Part shown: positions 9,499-18,899 of the stretch, in pieces
How the letters are laid out: every line of letters begins with the position of its first letter
How positions within the stretch are numbered: the stretch's first letter is position 1
Assembly: GCA_041690135.1 (NCBI GenBank)
Contig: JAWLHY010000018.1
Coordinates: 96,001-160,000, forward strand
From: Armatimonadota bacterium
Lineage (GTDB): Bacteria > Armatimonadota > SYMT01
Direction: 5' to 3'
Length of the DNA: 64,000 nt
Translations under genes and position numbers: made by a program
The notes under the pieces: generated by a model
The model's database searches: none
Told to the model about the DNA's origin: nothing
The model's input: the letters and a program-made list of their open reading frames with translations, nothing else

Positions 9499-9665
9499 GG
9501 AGCGGAGCTTTCCCCGGCCGGGGTCGAGTCGATCACCTTCGACGACCGCGAGAAACCGGGCGCCTCACGCGCTCGCTCCCCGGTCGAACCGGCCGCAGGT
9601 AGATTGGGGGGAGGGACCCTTCATCCCTCCCCCACACTCCGCAATCGGGCCCCTACGTTGCGCAA

Positions 9666-9995
9666 TCAGGCGGCGAACAGCTCCATCACCTCGCCGACCA
9701 GGGCCTCCCCGGCCAGTGGTTCGTAGCGGTCCCGCAGGCTCACCGGCCGAAGTTGATCCCCGAGCCGCCGCAATTCTTCCAACTGCTCCTGGTACTGCCG
9801 GAAGCGACCTTCCCACTCATCAGCCGGCAGAAGTTGCGCGGTGGGTCCGGACAGCCAGTTCCCCATTCGCATCACGAGCGCCATCAACTGCTCATAGCGA
9901 GCTTCGAGGCTCTCCCCGCTGGTGACGCGCACCGGCGCGGCCTCCACTCGCTCGTTGTCAAACCGTCGAACCTTGATCACTACTCCAGTGCCCAT
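9666..9995 (-). CDS. hypothetical coiled-coil protein, candidate SOS gene
   Basis: ATG preceded by AGGAGAGG RBS; strong promoter and LexA-like box upstream. Confidence 0.75.
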   Translation of the reverse strand: MGTGVVIKVRRFDNERVEAAPVRVTSGESLEARYEQLMALVMRMGNWLSGPTAQLLPADEWEGRFRQYQEQLEELRRLGDQLRPVSLRDRYEPLAGEALVGEVMELFAA

Positions 9996-10036
9996 TTTTG
10001 TCCTCTCCTGTGTCCGGAACTCCCGCGTCGTCTTTG

Positions 10037-10084
10037 CAAACACTTGTTCTACTCAAGTGTATCAAAGGCTCTCCGGGTCGTCAA
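10037..10084 (-). promoter_or_regulatory. sigma70 promoter with a LexA (Cheo-type) box at the transcription start
   Basis: minus strand TTGACG-N17-TACACT with extended TG, followed by AGAACAAGTGTTTG at 10050-10037. Confidence 0.7.
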
Positions 10085-10238
10085 CGCGACTTTGCAAATG
10101 GATGTTTGCGTGTTCTGCAGGCTCCGGGCACCTGAAAGCAAAAGAGGAGAGCGTGACGTGGATTCACACGCGCTCGCTCTCCTCTCATGGGCACCTCTCC
10201 CCTGGTCGACTCAGAAGTGTCTAGGGGACAAGTGGTAG

Positions 10239-12260
10239 TTACGGTTTTGGTTGGTCGGTAAGCTCCCACCGTTCCCCGAAGAAGCCGGCATTGACGACCT
10301 TACCAGGATACCGACTGTTCGGCGGGGTGGTTGTGTCGATGATGGCCCAGTCCGGCAGCTTCGGCACCTGGCGCGCGTTGTTCAGGTAATCGTACTCACG
10401 GTAGGTGAATCCGCTGTTCAGCACCACGTAGCGCTTCGGGTTGAGCGGATTCGGAAAGACCAGTACCGGCACATGGGTCGCCGGATACTTCTGCTTACCT
10501 ACCTCCACGCCTTCGGCCGTCCAGCGGATGGGCAGCCGATCCGCGATGCGGGCCAAAATGCGGTTATTGCCCGGGTCGCCCCAGAGGGCGAGGTTGTGCG
10601 CCGCGATGTCGGCGTCTGTGACGTCCGCATCGTTCTTCACGCGAGGCTCGCCGCGGAACTGGCGTCGCCACTCCTTGATGGCATGCTGGAGCTCCGCGTC
10701 GACCCACCCGCTGACTTTGGAGATCTGCGCGGTACCCGTCGGCCGGACGATCATAAAGCTCTGCATGAAGGCATCGTCGATCGGGCCCTGGAGGCCGTGA
10801 CGCTTCCGCAGCACGCCATCGTCTACGGCGTCAACCCGCTTCCACTTGCCGCCCTCGCGCCGGAGGTGCACCGTCCACGACCGATCGGTGGCGATTGGCG
10901 CTCCGCTGACCTTCTGCCCATCCACCTTCAACAACGGCGACCGGGTGCTATCCAGGGGACACGTGCCCGCCGGCATCTCCAGGCTCAGGGCCGTGATGTT
11001 CTTCGTCGTTAGACGAAGGTTGTGGTCGTCGACGATCTCGGCGTCAATCCGCGCCGGCTCCCAGTGATGCTCGAGACCGTCGGCCACCACCCACGCCTGG
11101 CGGTTGTAGGCGAGAGTTGGCGTGGCAAGCACTACCCGCTTCGGGACGGGGTTGCGCCCGCGCTCCACGATCGGATCGAGGAGGCGATCGATCTCCACCT
11201 TGGACGCCGGATGATAGCTGTGCCCCGTGTTCGGTCCGATGATGTGCACCATCCGCAGGTTCTCTTTCGCCAGGGCCTTTTCCATCACGTCGGCGGCCTG
11301 CTTCTGCGTGTCTTTCTCGCCGCTGTACACCACCGTCGGCAGGTTGTGGAAGTTGGCGGCGTACTCGGGACAGTCGTACATTTGCCACAGCTTCTTTTCC
11401 CACCAGGTCGGCTTGAGGGTCTCCTTCTGGAAGACCTTGAGGAACTCCGGCGTTTCGGAGAAGCCCGCACCGGGTGCGGCCGCGGCCCACTCTCCGGCGT
11501 AGTGGGCGGCAAACTGCCAGCAGGCGGCACCGCCCATGGAGAAGCCGCGGACGACGATCCGGTTGTCGTCGATCTTGTAACGGCGCTTGATGTCGGCCAG
11601 GGCCTCGAACAGGTCCACCTCGCCGGCCAGCTTGTTCGCATTGCAGTAACGGCCGTAAGGCTGGACCACAAAAAGATCGGGGCGCGCAAACGGACCGCCG
11701 CTGTTCTGCACGCCGGTGAGGAAGTTGACTTCACTCAGCACCTCGCCGCGACCATGGAACCAGGTGTCCAGCCGCCACCGGTGCGGGCTGTCGGGGTTAT
11801 AGGCGCGGGGGACGGACAGGCCGTAAGGTTGTACCGAGCCGTCGATGCGGGATACGTATCCGAGCGCGATCGGTCCGGTCTGGGTGGTCCAGGGAGTCTG
11901 TCCGGCGGCCAGGTTACGGGCGCGCTCCTGACCCTCGGCCAGCAGCTTCTTCGCTTTGCCGATGTCGGCGGGGGCGAAGAACTCGTTGTGCTCCAGCGCG
12001 TAGCGGACGGCGTTGTGGTAGATCTGCACGTCCGGAACGTGAGGGGCCGTCTTCGGGTTGGTCCGGAGGCTCTCGATCGCTTTGCCGAGTTCGGCCAGGC
12101 CCTGGGTGAGCGCCTGGCGGTCCGCGTCCGGCACGGGAACGCCGGCGGGCGGCACCGGCCGTACCTTTTCCGGGATGTTGTCGGCCGGGCCGTCCGCGAC
12201 GGCGACCGCGGCGATACCGCCGGCAAGCAGGGCAGAAAGAAGAAGTGGAGAACGGTTCAT
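10239..12260 (-). CDS. secreted alpha/beta hydrolase (S9 peptidase/esterase-like)
   Basis: signal peptide; FHGRGE; RGFSMGG nucleophile motif; YSGEKD; GH. Confidence 0.85.
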   Translation of the reverse strand: MNRSPLLLSALLAGGIAAVAVADGPADNIPEKVRPVPPAGVPVPDADRQALTQGLAELGKAIESLRTNPKTAPHVPDVQIYHNAVRYALEHNEFFAPADIGKAKKLLAEGQERARNLAAGQTPWTTQTGPIALGYVSRIDGSVQPYGLSVPRAYNPDSPHRWRLDTWFHGRGEVLSEVNFLTGVQNSGGPFARPDLFVVQPYGRYCNANKLAGEVDLFEALADIKRRYKIDDNRIVVRGFSMGGAACWQFAAHYAGEWAAAAPGAGFSETPEFLKVFQKETLKPTWWEKKLWQMYDCPEYAANFHNLPTVVYSGEKDTQKQAADVMEKALAKENLRMVHIIGPNTGHSYHPASKVEIDRLLDPIVERGRNPVPKRVVLATPTLAYNRQAWVVADGLEHHWEPARIDAEIVDDHNLRLTTKNITALSLEMPAGTCPLDSTRSPLLKVDGQKVSGAPIATDRSWTVHLRREGGKWKRVDAVDDGVLRKRHGLQGPIDDAFMQSFMIVRPTGTAQISKVSGWVDAELQHAIKEWRRQFRGEPRVKNDADVTDADIAAHNLALWGDPGNNRILARIADRLPIRWTAEGVEVGKQKYPATHVPVLVFPNPLNPKRYVVLNSGFTYREYDYLNNARQVPKLPDWAIIDTTTPPNSRYPGKVVNAGFFGERWELTDQPKP

Positions 12261-12346
12261 GGTGTCAGGTCTTTTGGCCCGGGGAACGCTCACCAGGAGC
12301 ACGGGTCACCGGGACCATTTCCGGCCGTGCTTTCCGAAGTCCTCCC

Positions 12347-13237
12347 ATGATGCAACACCTCAACATTCCGAGACGCGCACCGGCGCATGCGGTGCTTCTG
12401 GTGAGCTTCGTGCTCCTGGCCATTTTGCCGGGCCGGAAGGCGGTGGGTCAGGGAGTCTCGCTGTTGGGACGGGCCGGGGAGGTCGCGCTGGCGCTGCGGA
12501 GTATTTCCGTGGAGCGTGTGGGGCGGCTGGAACTGGACCCTAGCGGGAAGCCTCGGGCGAACGGGGAGCCGGCCGCAAGCGAGGTGACGGTGGAGTTGGG
12601 ACTGGGCAGCCGCGATCCGGATGCCTTGGCGGCACTCACGACCGGGCCGCTGGTCGGGGTCCGCTTTCGGGCCGCGGATGACCGCGGCCAGGTGTTGACC
12701 CACGTGGGAGCCGAAGTGATCCAGGAGTCGTCCGTCGATCGGGTGGAATCTCGCCTGCGGGTGAAACTTCGCGGACCCGCTTCTCCGGCCCGTACTCTCC
12801 GGTCGCTGGAAGGCGCGCTGCTCGCCTATCCGAAAGCTCGCCGCATCCGCTTCCACGTGCCCTGGAGCAAAGAAGACCTCCCGGTTGCCGTGGAGTATGG
12901 TGAGGGTCGCGCTACGCTGCGCCGTTTCCACCTGGTCGGAGACGAGAGTACGCTCTGGGTGGCACTCTTGCCCCCGGCGGGCTTCCGGGTGGCACCCCTG
13001 GAGCACCCAGGCACCCTCACCGCGCGGGCCATGGATATCTACGGCAACCTGGTGAGCGGTGGAGCCATCACGGAGACGGTGCAAACCCAGACAGGGAAGG
13101 AGCCGGAATTCCGGTTCTATGCCCCCGTGCTCCGTCGCATTCCTTCTCGCCTGATGCTGGACGTGGTATGCGTGGCCGGAGAGCCGCGAGCCGTCCCGTT
13201 CCGGACGGGCTCCATCCCCCTGCCTCGGAGTCGCTAG
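12347..13237 (+). CDS. hypothetical exported protein
   Basis: N-terminal hydrophobic segment and beta-rich body; start uncertain. Confidence 0.65.
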   Translation: MMQHLNIPRRAPAHAVLLVSFVLLAILPGRKAVGQGVSLLGRAGEVALALRSISVERVGRLELDPSGKPRANGEPAASEVTVELGLGSRDPDALAALTTGPLVGVRFRAADDRGQVLTHVGAEVIQESSVDRVESRLRVKLRGPASPARTLRSLEGALLAYPKARRIRFHVPWSKEDLPVAVEYGEGRATLRRFHLVGDESTLWVALLPPAGFRVAPLEHPGTLTARAMDIYGNLVSGGAITETVQTQTGKEPEFRFYAPVLRRIPSRLMLDVVCVAGEPRAVPFRTGSIPLPRSR

Positions 13238-13252
13238 CTTCCGCTTCGTCAG

Positions 13253-13279
13253 GTTTCCTGTCCCCCCTGGCGGGGGTAA
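13253..13279 (+). promoter_or_regulatory. SigB/SigF-type promoter
   Basis: GTTT-N17-GGGTAA about 50 nt upstream of the STAS gene. Confidence 0.6.
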
Positions 13280-13328
13280 TTCTGGCTTGGCGCGCCGTCA
13301 CCCGGCGGCGGAAGGAGAGGTGCAGAGC

Positions 13329-13667
13329 ATGAGTGACGTGGACGGGAGCCCCATCGCCGAGACGCCCGATGGTGAGGAGCAGATCTTCCGGATCGAACAG
13401 GAGTCGATCGACGCGACCAATGCCTGGGATCTTCGCCCAGCGTTGCTGCGGGCACTCTACACGGGCGGACCGGAACTCTGGATCGACCTCGCCCAGGTCA
13501 GTTTTATCGATAGCACCGGACTGGGGATGCTGGTCAGCGTCCTGCAAGAGGCTCGGGAGATGCAGGGCAATATCCACCTGATCAACGCCAGCCGGGAAGT
13601 CCGGCGTCTCCTACAGGTGACCGGGCTGGAACTGCTCTTTGAGCAGCAGGGTGCCGCGGCGGTGTGA
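13329..13667 (+). CDS. STAS-domain anti-sigma factor antagonist (RsbV-like)
   Basis: IDLAQVSFIDSTGLGMLV and VRRLLQVTGL; GGAGAGG RBS. Confidence 0.9.
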   Translation: MSDVDGSPIAETPDGEEQIFRIEQESIDATNAWDLRPALLRALYTGGPELWIDLAQVSFIDSTGLGMLVSVLQEAREMQGNIHLINASREVRRLLQVTGLELLFEQQGAAAV

Positions 13668-13706
13668 CGGCTCAACGCCACCGCGGCGAGGTTCGCGAGA
13701 GCTGGT

Positions 13707-14534
13707 TTACGCCAGCAGCGCCTTGAGCCGGCTCAAGGCCTGGCGCTCCAGGCGCGAAACGTGCATTTGCGAAATGCCGAGTCGACGCGCTACCTCGGCC
13801 TGGGAGGCTTCTTCAAAGAACCGGGCGTAGATGATCGCCTGTTGACGCTGGTCGAGACGTTCCACCGCCCGCCGTACCGTTTCCCTTTCCTCGATCGCAT
13901 GGATCTCCGGGTCGGCCTGGCCGATGGCGTCCCAGAAGGAAGACTTTTCGTCCCCGTTCTCGTCTTGTAAATGCGCGTCCAGCGAGGCCGGCTGATAGAC
14001 GCGGTCGAGGTCCATCGCCTGGAGAAGCCGTTCCTCGTTCACCCCGGCGGCCTGGGCCATCTCTTCGATGGTCGGCGGACGGCCGAGGCGCTGTTCGAGC
14101 TGCTCCCGCAGCTTCCGCAGGCTTAGGCCCAGCTCGCGCAGTCTCCGTGGCGCTTTGAGCCCCCAGGTCTGGTCGCGGAAGTACCGCTTGATCTCTCCGG
14201 TGATGGTGGGAACGGCAAACGTCACAAAGCTAACGCCCTTGTCCGGGTCGAACCGGTCAATGGCGGCGATGAGCCCCACATAGCCCACCTGCACCAGGTC
14301 GTCCAGGGAGGTGCCGGCCCCCGCCCCGAAACGGCTGGCCAGATAGCGCACCATCCGTTCGTGCAGCAACACCAGTCGGTCCCGGATGCGGATGTCGCGG
14401 GTCCTGGCATACTCCCGGAGGAGAACCTGCGGATCATCCGACAGGTCCATTACGGGACGGGAAGGTTCGTTACGGGATGACGTTGACGCTGTTTCGAGGC
14501 CCGTTGCCACGCTTGAAGGAGTCTCGTTCCGCAT
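13707..14534 (-). CDS. SigB/SigF/SigG-family RNA polymerase sigma factor
   Basis: DDLVQVGYVGLIAAIDRFDP, FAVPTITGEIKRYFRD, SQAEVARRLGISQMHVSRL. Confidence 0.95.
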   Translation of the reverse strand: MRNETPSSVATGLETASTSSRNEPSRPVMDLSDDPQVLLREYARTRDIRIRDRLVLLHERMVRYLASRFGAGAGTSLDDLVQVGYVGLIAAIDRFDPDKGVSFVTFAVPTITGEIKRYFRDQTWGLKAPRRLRELGLSLRKLREQLEQRLGRPPTIEEMAQAAGVNEERLLQAMDLDRVYQPASLDAHLQDENGDEKSSFWDAIGQADPEIHAIEERETVRRAVERLDQRQQAIIYARFFEEASQAEVARRLGISQMHVSRLERQALSRLKALLA

Positions 14535-14724
14535 AATAAGACTGATCGGGTTCGCGGGGTCGGCACCTGCGATAAGGTGGCGAAAACGGCAATAACCATG
14601 GTTTCGCCTGAAGGGAGGACCTCTCCTGCCCTGACAGGTACTTACGACTGGGTCCGCGCTATTGTAACAGAGTTTGACGACAGCAAGCGGACTTTATCCG
14701 GTCCGCCGGGAGTTTCGAACAGGA

Positions 14725-15117
14725 ATGAATGACTTTATTGACCAGCTCTCCGATCGGGTCCGGGTAGAGGGGATCGAGTTCCATGGGTTCCACGGAGTTC
14801 CGGCCGAGGAAAGGGTCCTCGGGCATCGTTATCGGGTCAATCTGGAGCTGGAATTGGATCTCGCGCCCGCGGGTCGGTCCGACGATTTCAGGCTCACGGT
14901 AGACTACGCACAAGCGGCCCGTCTGGTTCTCGAAATTGGAACGGGCCCCTCGGTGCAGTTAGTGGAGACCCTGGCGGAACGGATGGCCGAGCGGTTGCTC
15001 GCTGAGTTCACCCGGGCGGACGCGGTGGTTCTCGAGGTTGCCAAGATCCATCCGCCGGTGCCCTTGCCCATCGGCGCCAGCGTCATCCGGATCCGGAGGG
15101 TGCGCCAGAAGGCGTGA
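14725..15117 (+). CDS. folB: dihydroneopterin aldolase
   Basis: FHGFHGVPAEERVLG, TVDY, LVETLAE, VAK motifs. Confidence 0.93.
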   Translation: MNDFIDQLSDRVRVEGIEFHGFHGVPAEERVLGHRYRVNLELELDLAPAGRSDDFRLTVDYAQAARLVLEIGTGPSVQLVETLAERMAERLLAEFTRADAVVLEVAKIHPPVPLPIGASVIRIRRVRQKA

Positions 15118-15119
15118 GC

Positions 15120-15359
15120 TCAGGCCGCGCGGCCGTCTACCCAATGGGGTTTGCCTTTCATCCGCGCCAACACCCCGGCGGGCACTTCATAGACCTCGTA
15201 CTGCGCGATCCCCTCTTCCCGTGCGAACTGCTCCAGGCGGTCGCGGGTGGTGAAGAAGAGGGGTCCGCTTTCTGTGGCCCCCTCTCCTCTCCGGAACGCT
15301 TCTCGGGTCTCCGGGTTGACGATCATCAGCACGGTCGCTTCGTTTGCAGGTGCGGGCAT
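15120..15359 (-). CDS. small hypothetical protein
   Basis: ATG with GGAGGAG RBS; 79 aa with protein-like composition. Confidence 0.65.
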   Translation of the reverse strand: MPAPANEATVLMIVNPETREAFRRGEGATESGPLFFTTRDRLEQFAREEGIAQYEVYEVPAGVLARMKGKPHWVDGRAA

Positions 15360-15456
15360 TCGACACTCCTCCAGGACTGCGGCGCGGGCCGCCGGTACGG
15401 CTCTCTCTACTTTACCCGCACTACACCGCTCACGCGGCCTTCCCGGTTGAGCGTTC

Positions 15457-15482
15457 GTTTCTCTTTTCGGTTCGCCGGGTAA
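15457..15482 (+). promoter_or_regulatory. SigB/SigF-type promoter
   Basis: GTTT-N16-GGGTAA about 40 nt upstream of ATG 15522. Confidence 0.55.
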
Positions 15483-15521
15483 CTTTCGGCCAGAGGCCAT
15501 CGAAGTAGGGAGAAGCAAGCG

Positions 15522-16214
15522 ATGAGTAAGTGTGGAGTATGGATCGCGGGCGCGGCGCTGGCACTGGGTCTGAGTGCGCCCGCGAGCGCGCAGTTGATTA
15601 CGAGCATCGGCTACGTGGATCGAATATCGGACGATGGTGGCGGTCTCGTGGTGCGAATGGCGGACCGGATGCGTCATATCACCGTCAATCCCGACGCGGA
15701 AGTGACGATCAATGGGCGCCCCGCTGAACTATCCGACATATCGTATAACGCGCGGGTTCGCATCATGAGTTGGCAAGACCGCGCTAACCGTTTGCATGCC
15801 AATGTCGTGCGGGTGGAGCAGCCGTTTACTGCCACCCGTAGAGCGGGGATTGCTCCCGGTACGGTGATTTCGGGGACCGTGGCCGGACTGTATCCGTCCG
15901 AGAGTGCGGTGCTGCTGCGCACCCGAGTGGGGTTCCGCCAGGTCAACCTGGGTAATGCGCCGGTCCTCCTCAACGGGCGTGCGATCAACTTGCGCGACTT
16001 GGCTCTGGGAGACGAAATTCAGGTCCAGCAGGCTTATCCTCCGGGAGGATTGATTCCGTTGACGGCGTTGACGGTAGTGACAACGCCACAGAGCGTGGCG
16101 GGTTATCGGGCGACTTTCCGCTCCTCGGGGAGCGCCGCGCGGGCACCGATGCCTTCAGCTCCCTTCAGTGGCAATTCAAACCTTTTGCCAGGACCGGTGG
16201 AGCCGCGGTTCTAG
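15522..16214 (+). CDS. secreted protein with two OB-fold/DUF5666-like beta repeats
   Basis: signal peptide ending ASA-Q; repeated (T/L)xNGRxxxLxD(I/L) units. Confidence 0.7.
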   Translation: MSKCGVWIAGAALALGLSAPASAQLITSIGYVDRISDDGGGLVVRMADRMRHITVNPDAEVTINGRPAELSDISYNARVRIMSWQDRANRLHANVVRVEQPFTATRRAGIAPGTVISGTVAGLYPSESAVLLRTRVGFRQVNLGNAPVLLNGRAINLRDLALGDEIQVQQAYPPGGLIPLTALTVVTTPQSVAGYRATFRSSGSAARAPMPSAPFSGNSNLLPGPVEPRF

Positions 16215-16243
16215 CAGAGGGGGTGGCAATCATTAGCATAATC

Positions 16244-16279
16244 AACGCCGCCCTCCGCAAGTGACGGAGGGCGGCGTTT
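16244..16279. terminator. bidirectional terminator between convergent genes
   Basis: 14-bp stem aacgccgccctccg/cggagggcggcgtt. Confidence 0.75.
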
Positions 16280-16318
16280 GGATTTATGCGCCGGAAGCCC
16301 GGTTCACTCGCCTGCCGG

Positions 16319-16906
16319 TCAGCTGGAGGTCACCTTGACTAGCGGCGGCCGGATAACGCGATCGTTTAGTTTGTAACCGGCCCGGAGTTCTTCCACTACC
16401 TGGTTCGGCTCCTGACCTTCCTGGGGCTCCACCTGCATAATCGCCTCGTGCAGGTTGGGATCGAACGACTGTCCCACGGACTCGATCCGCTCCAGCCCCT
16501 GGCGCGTGACCACATCCATCAGTTGGCGATGAATCTGGGCCACGCCGCTCTTCAGCCCCTCGATGTCGGAGAACTGCTCCGCCGCTTCCAGGGCGCGGGT
16601 AAAGTTGTCCAACACGGGAAGGAGATCGGTAATGAACCGTTCGTTGGAGCGGCTGATGGCATCTTCCGCGTCCCGCGCCGCGCGGCGGCGAACGTTTTCC
16701 ATCTCCGCCACGGCCCGGAGACAGCGATCTCGCCAGTCATTCACCTCGGCTTCGAGTTGGGCGATCCGGTCACCCTGCGCCTGGCCATCCGCTGACTGGC
16801 CAGACTGATCCTGCGGTGCATCGACGGCGGCGTCTTCTTCCGCGGTCTCCTGCGAAGCCTCTTCGGCGCGAATTTCTTCTTCTGCAGCGTCCCGTTTCCG
16901 CGGCAT
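16319..16906 (-). CDS. grpE: nucleotide exchange factor GrpE
   Basis: RAVAEMENVRRR, LLPVLDNF, FDPNLHEA, GYKLNDRVIRP. Confidence 0.97.
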   Translation of the reverse strand: MPRKRDAAEEEIRAEEASQETAEEDAAVDAPQDQSGQSADGQAQGDRIAQLEAEVNDWRDRCLRAVAEMENVRRRAARDAEDAISRSNERFITDLLPVLDNFTRALEAAEQFSDIEGLKSGVAQIHRQLMDVVTRQGLERIESVGQSFDPNLHEAIMQVEPQEGQEPNQVVEELRAGYKLNDRVIRPPLVKVTSS

Positions 16907-17098
16907 GCTCAAAAACCTCGTTCTCTACGCATCAACCGGGGTCAGGCCCACCGGCCTTCCCCATGATACCTCAATGACTGCCGCTGCGGAGGGTACCTGC
17001 GCCCGCAGAGTTCCCTCCACGAGGCTGCACTCGCTCGAAAGTAGCTGGTTGGGCGTATCGCCCGCTCCTACCAGGGTCCCAAAGCGAATCGCCGGCGC

Positions 17099-18127
17099 CT
17101 ACTCGCAGCCGAGGCGCGTCAGGGTCTCGGACAGCAACCGGGCGGCATACTGGACCGCCGGTACTGCCTGAGCGTAGTGCATCCGGGTGGGGCCCAGCAC
17201 CCCGACCCAGCCGTGAAGGCGGGTACCTGCCGAATACCGCGCAGCCACGACGCTTACTTCCTGCATCGCCTCGTGCGGGTTCTCGTGGCCGATACTCACC
17301 GTCAGGTTCTGATCCTCCAGCAACTGCTGCAGCGTTTCGAAGGCGGTCTTTCGTTCTTCCAGGAATCGGACCAAAGGTTCAAGCTTGTTGGAGTCTCGGA
17401 ACTCCGGTTGTTCCAGCATGCGGCTGGCGCCGTCAAGAAAGAGATCGCCATCCTCTCCGGCCACGCCCCGGGCAATCAGGTTCAGCACCAGTTTGACCAG
17501 TTCGGCGTTGACCGGCACTTCCTCGATCGGGAGGGCCACCTGGCTAACACGGCTGACAGAGACCTCCCGCAACAGCGTATCGACCAGGTTGCCCAGGCGA
17601 GTTACCTCCACGGGCGACAACACCCACGGCAATTCGGTGAACCGGTGGATTACCTGTCCACTGTCGAGAATAATGACGGCCAAAACCCGATTGGGCGCCA
17701 CCTGGACGACGTTAACCTGGCGGATGACGGGTTCTCCGGCGGCGGGTGGTGTCGCCACGGAGGTGTAGCGGGTGAGGCTGGAGAGTACCCGGCAGGTCTG
17801 GGTCAGCAGTTGCTCGAGGTCGCCCTCGCTGAACTTCTGCGCACCCCGCAGGGCGCGCACGTCCGCCGGTGGCAGCCGGTCCCACGTCATCAGGTGGTCG
17901 ACGTAATAACGGTAGCCCAGATCCGACGGGATGCGGCCGGCCGACGTATGCGGTTGCCGCAAGTAGCCGAGCTCGGTCATCTCCGAGAGCTCGTTCCGGA
18001 TAGTCGCCGAACGTACTCCCAGGGCCTCATAGGATGCCAGGAACTGAGACCCCACGGGCTCCGCCTTCTCGACGTACCGGATGACAATCGCCTGGAGGAG
18101 TGCCTGTTTGCGTCGATCGAGCTGCAT
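17099..18127 (-). CDS. hrcA: heat-inducible transcription repressor HrcA
   Basis: EPVGS, SATIRNEL, QPHTSAGRIPSDLGYRYYVD, GVLGPTRMHY. Confidence 0.97.
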   Translation of the reverse strand: MQLDRRKQALLQAIVIRYVEKAEPVGSQFLASYEALGVRSATIRNELSEMTELGYLRQPHTSAGRIPSDLGYRYYVDHLMTWDRLPPADVRALRGAQKFSEGDLEQLLTQTCRVLSSLTRYTSVATPPAAGEPVIRQVNVVQVAPNRVLAVIILDSGQVIHRFTELPWVLSPVEVTRLGNLVDTLLREVSVSRVSQVALPIEEVPVNAELVKLVLNLIARGVAGEDGDLFLDGASRMLEQPEFRDSNKLEPLVRFLEERKTAFETLQQLLEDQNLTVSIGHENPHEAMQEVSVVAARYSAGTRLHGWVGVLGPTRMHYAQAVPAVQYAARLLSETLTRLGCE

Positions 18128-18229
18128 GGCCCCTACTCTCTTACTGCACTAACGAGGAGTCAAAGGTCACTTCCGGCCCTGTTTTGGCCGCCAAAATCGA
18201 GGCACTTCGTGCCTGAGTTTAATGAAATA

Positions 18230-18256
18230 TTAGCACTCGCTGTCCACGAGTGTCAA
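18230..18256. promoter_or_regulatory. CIRCE operator overlapping the hrcA promoter
   Basis: TTAGCACTC-N9-GAGTGTCAA; minus strand reads TTGACA-N18-TAATAT. Confidence 0.9.
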
Positions 18257-18442
18257 TGTTCCCTTGCCATACGAAAGAGCTTGCAACTGCGGGTCGATGG
18301 GTTACTACCCGCTCGCCGGGCGCGTGTAACCCTGGCGGGCAGTACGCCGGCAGGCAGTACACCGACGGAACGCGTGTGTTTCCGACGGTTTCGGGAAAAC
18401 AAGCGAGAACAGAGTGGGACTGAGGAATCTTGAGGTCAACCC

Positions 18443-18679
18443 ATGGAGCACGATCGCCTGGTGACGGTACGGAGTTACGACAATCCCATCGAGGCGCACC
18501 TTGCCCGCTCCTTTCTGGAAGCGGCGGACATCCAGTCGTTCCTCATGGACGAGCAGATTATAGGCGTCCACCCCGGCCTGAATGTAGCGGTGGGAGGCGT
18601 CAAGCTTCAGGTGGCGGCAGAAGACTTTGAAGAGGCTGCCCGGCTGCTGGAACAGGGATGGGAAGACCCGACGGGCTAG
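18443..18679 (+). CDS. DUF2007-like putative signal-transducing protein
   Basis: LVTVRSYDNPIEAHLARSFLEAADI...GGVKLQVAAEDFEEA. Confidence 0.8.
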   Translation: MEHDRLVTVRSYDNPIEAHLARSFLEAADIQSFLMDEQIIGVHPGLNVAVGGVKLQVAAEDFEEAARLLEQGWEDPTG

Positions 18680-18899
18680 AACAATTCGCGGATCGGGGCA
18701 CCAGGATGGACTCGGGGTGCCGGCCGCCCCTAGCGGGGACCGGCTTCCTGTACTTCCAGCATCCCTTCTCCTCACCCGTGATCGCAATCCCTAGGGAAAC
18801 CAATGAGCTTCTGGCACTACGGTTGGGAGTGGAGAACATGCCACAAGTGGCACCCATTTGCCGGGTAGATCATACTTATGCCAGAAGGGGGAGACGGAT

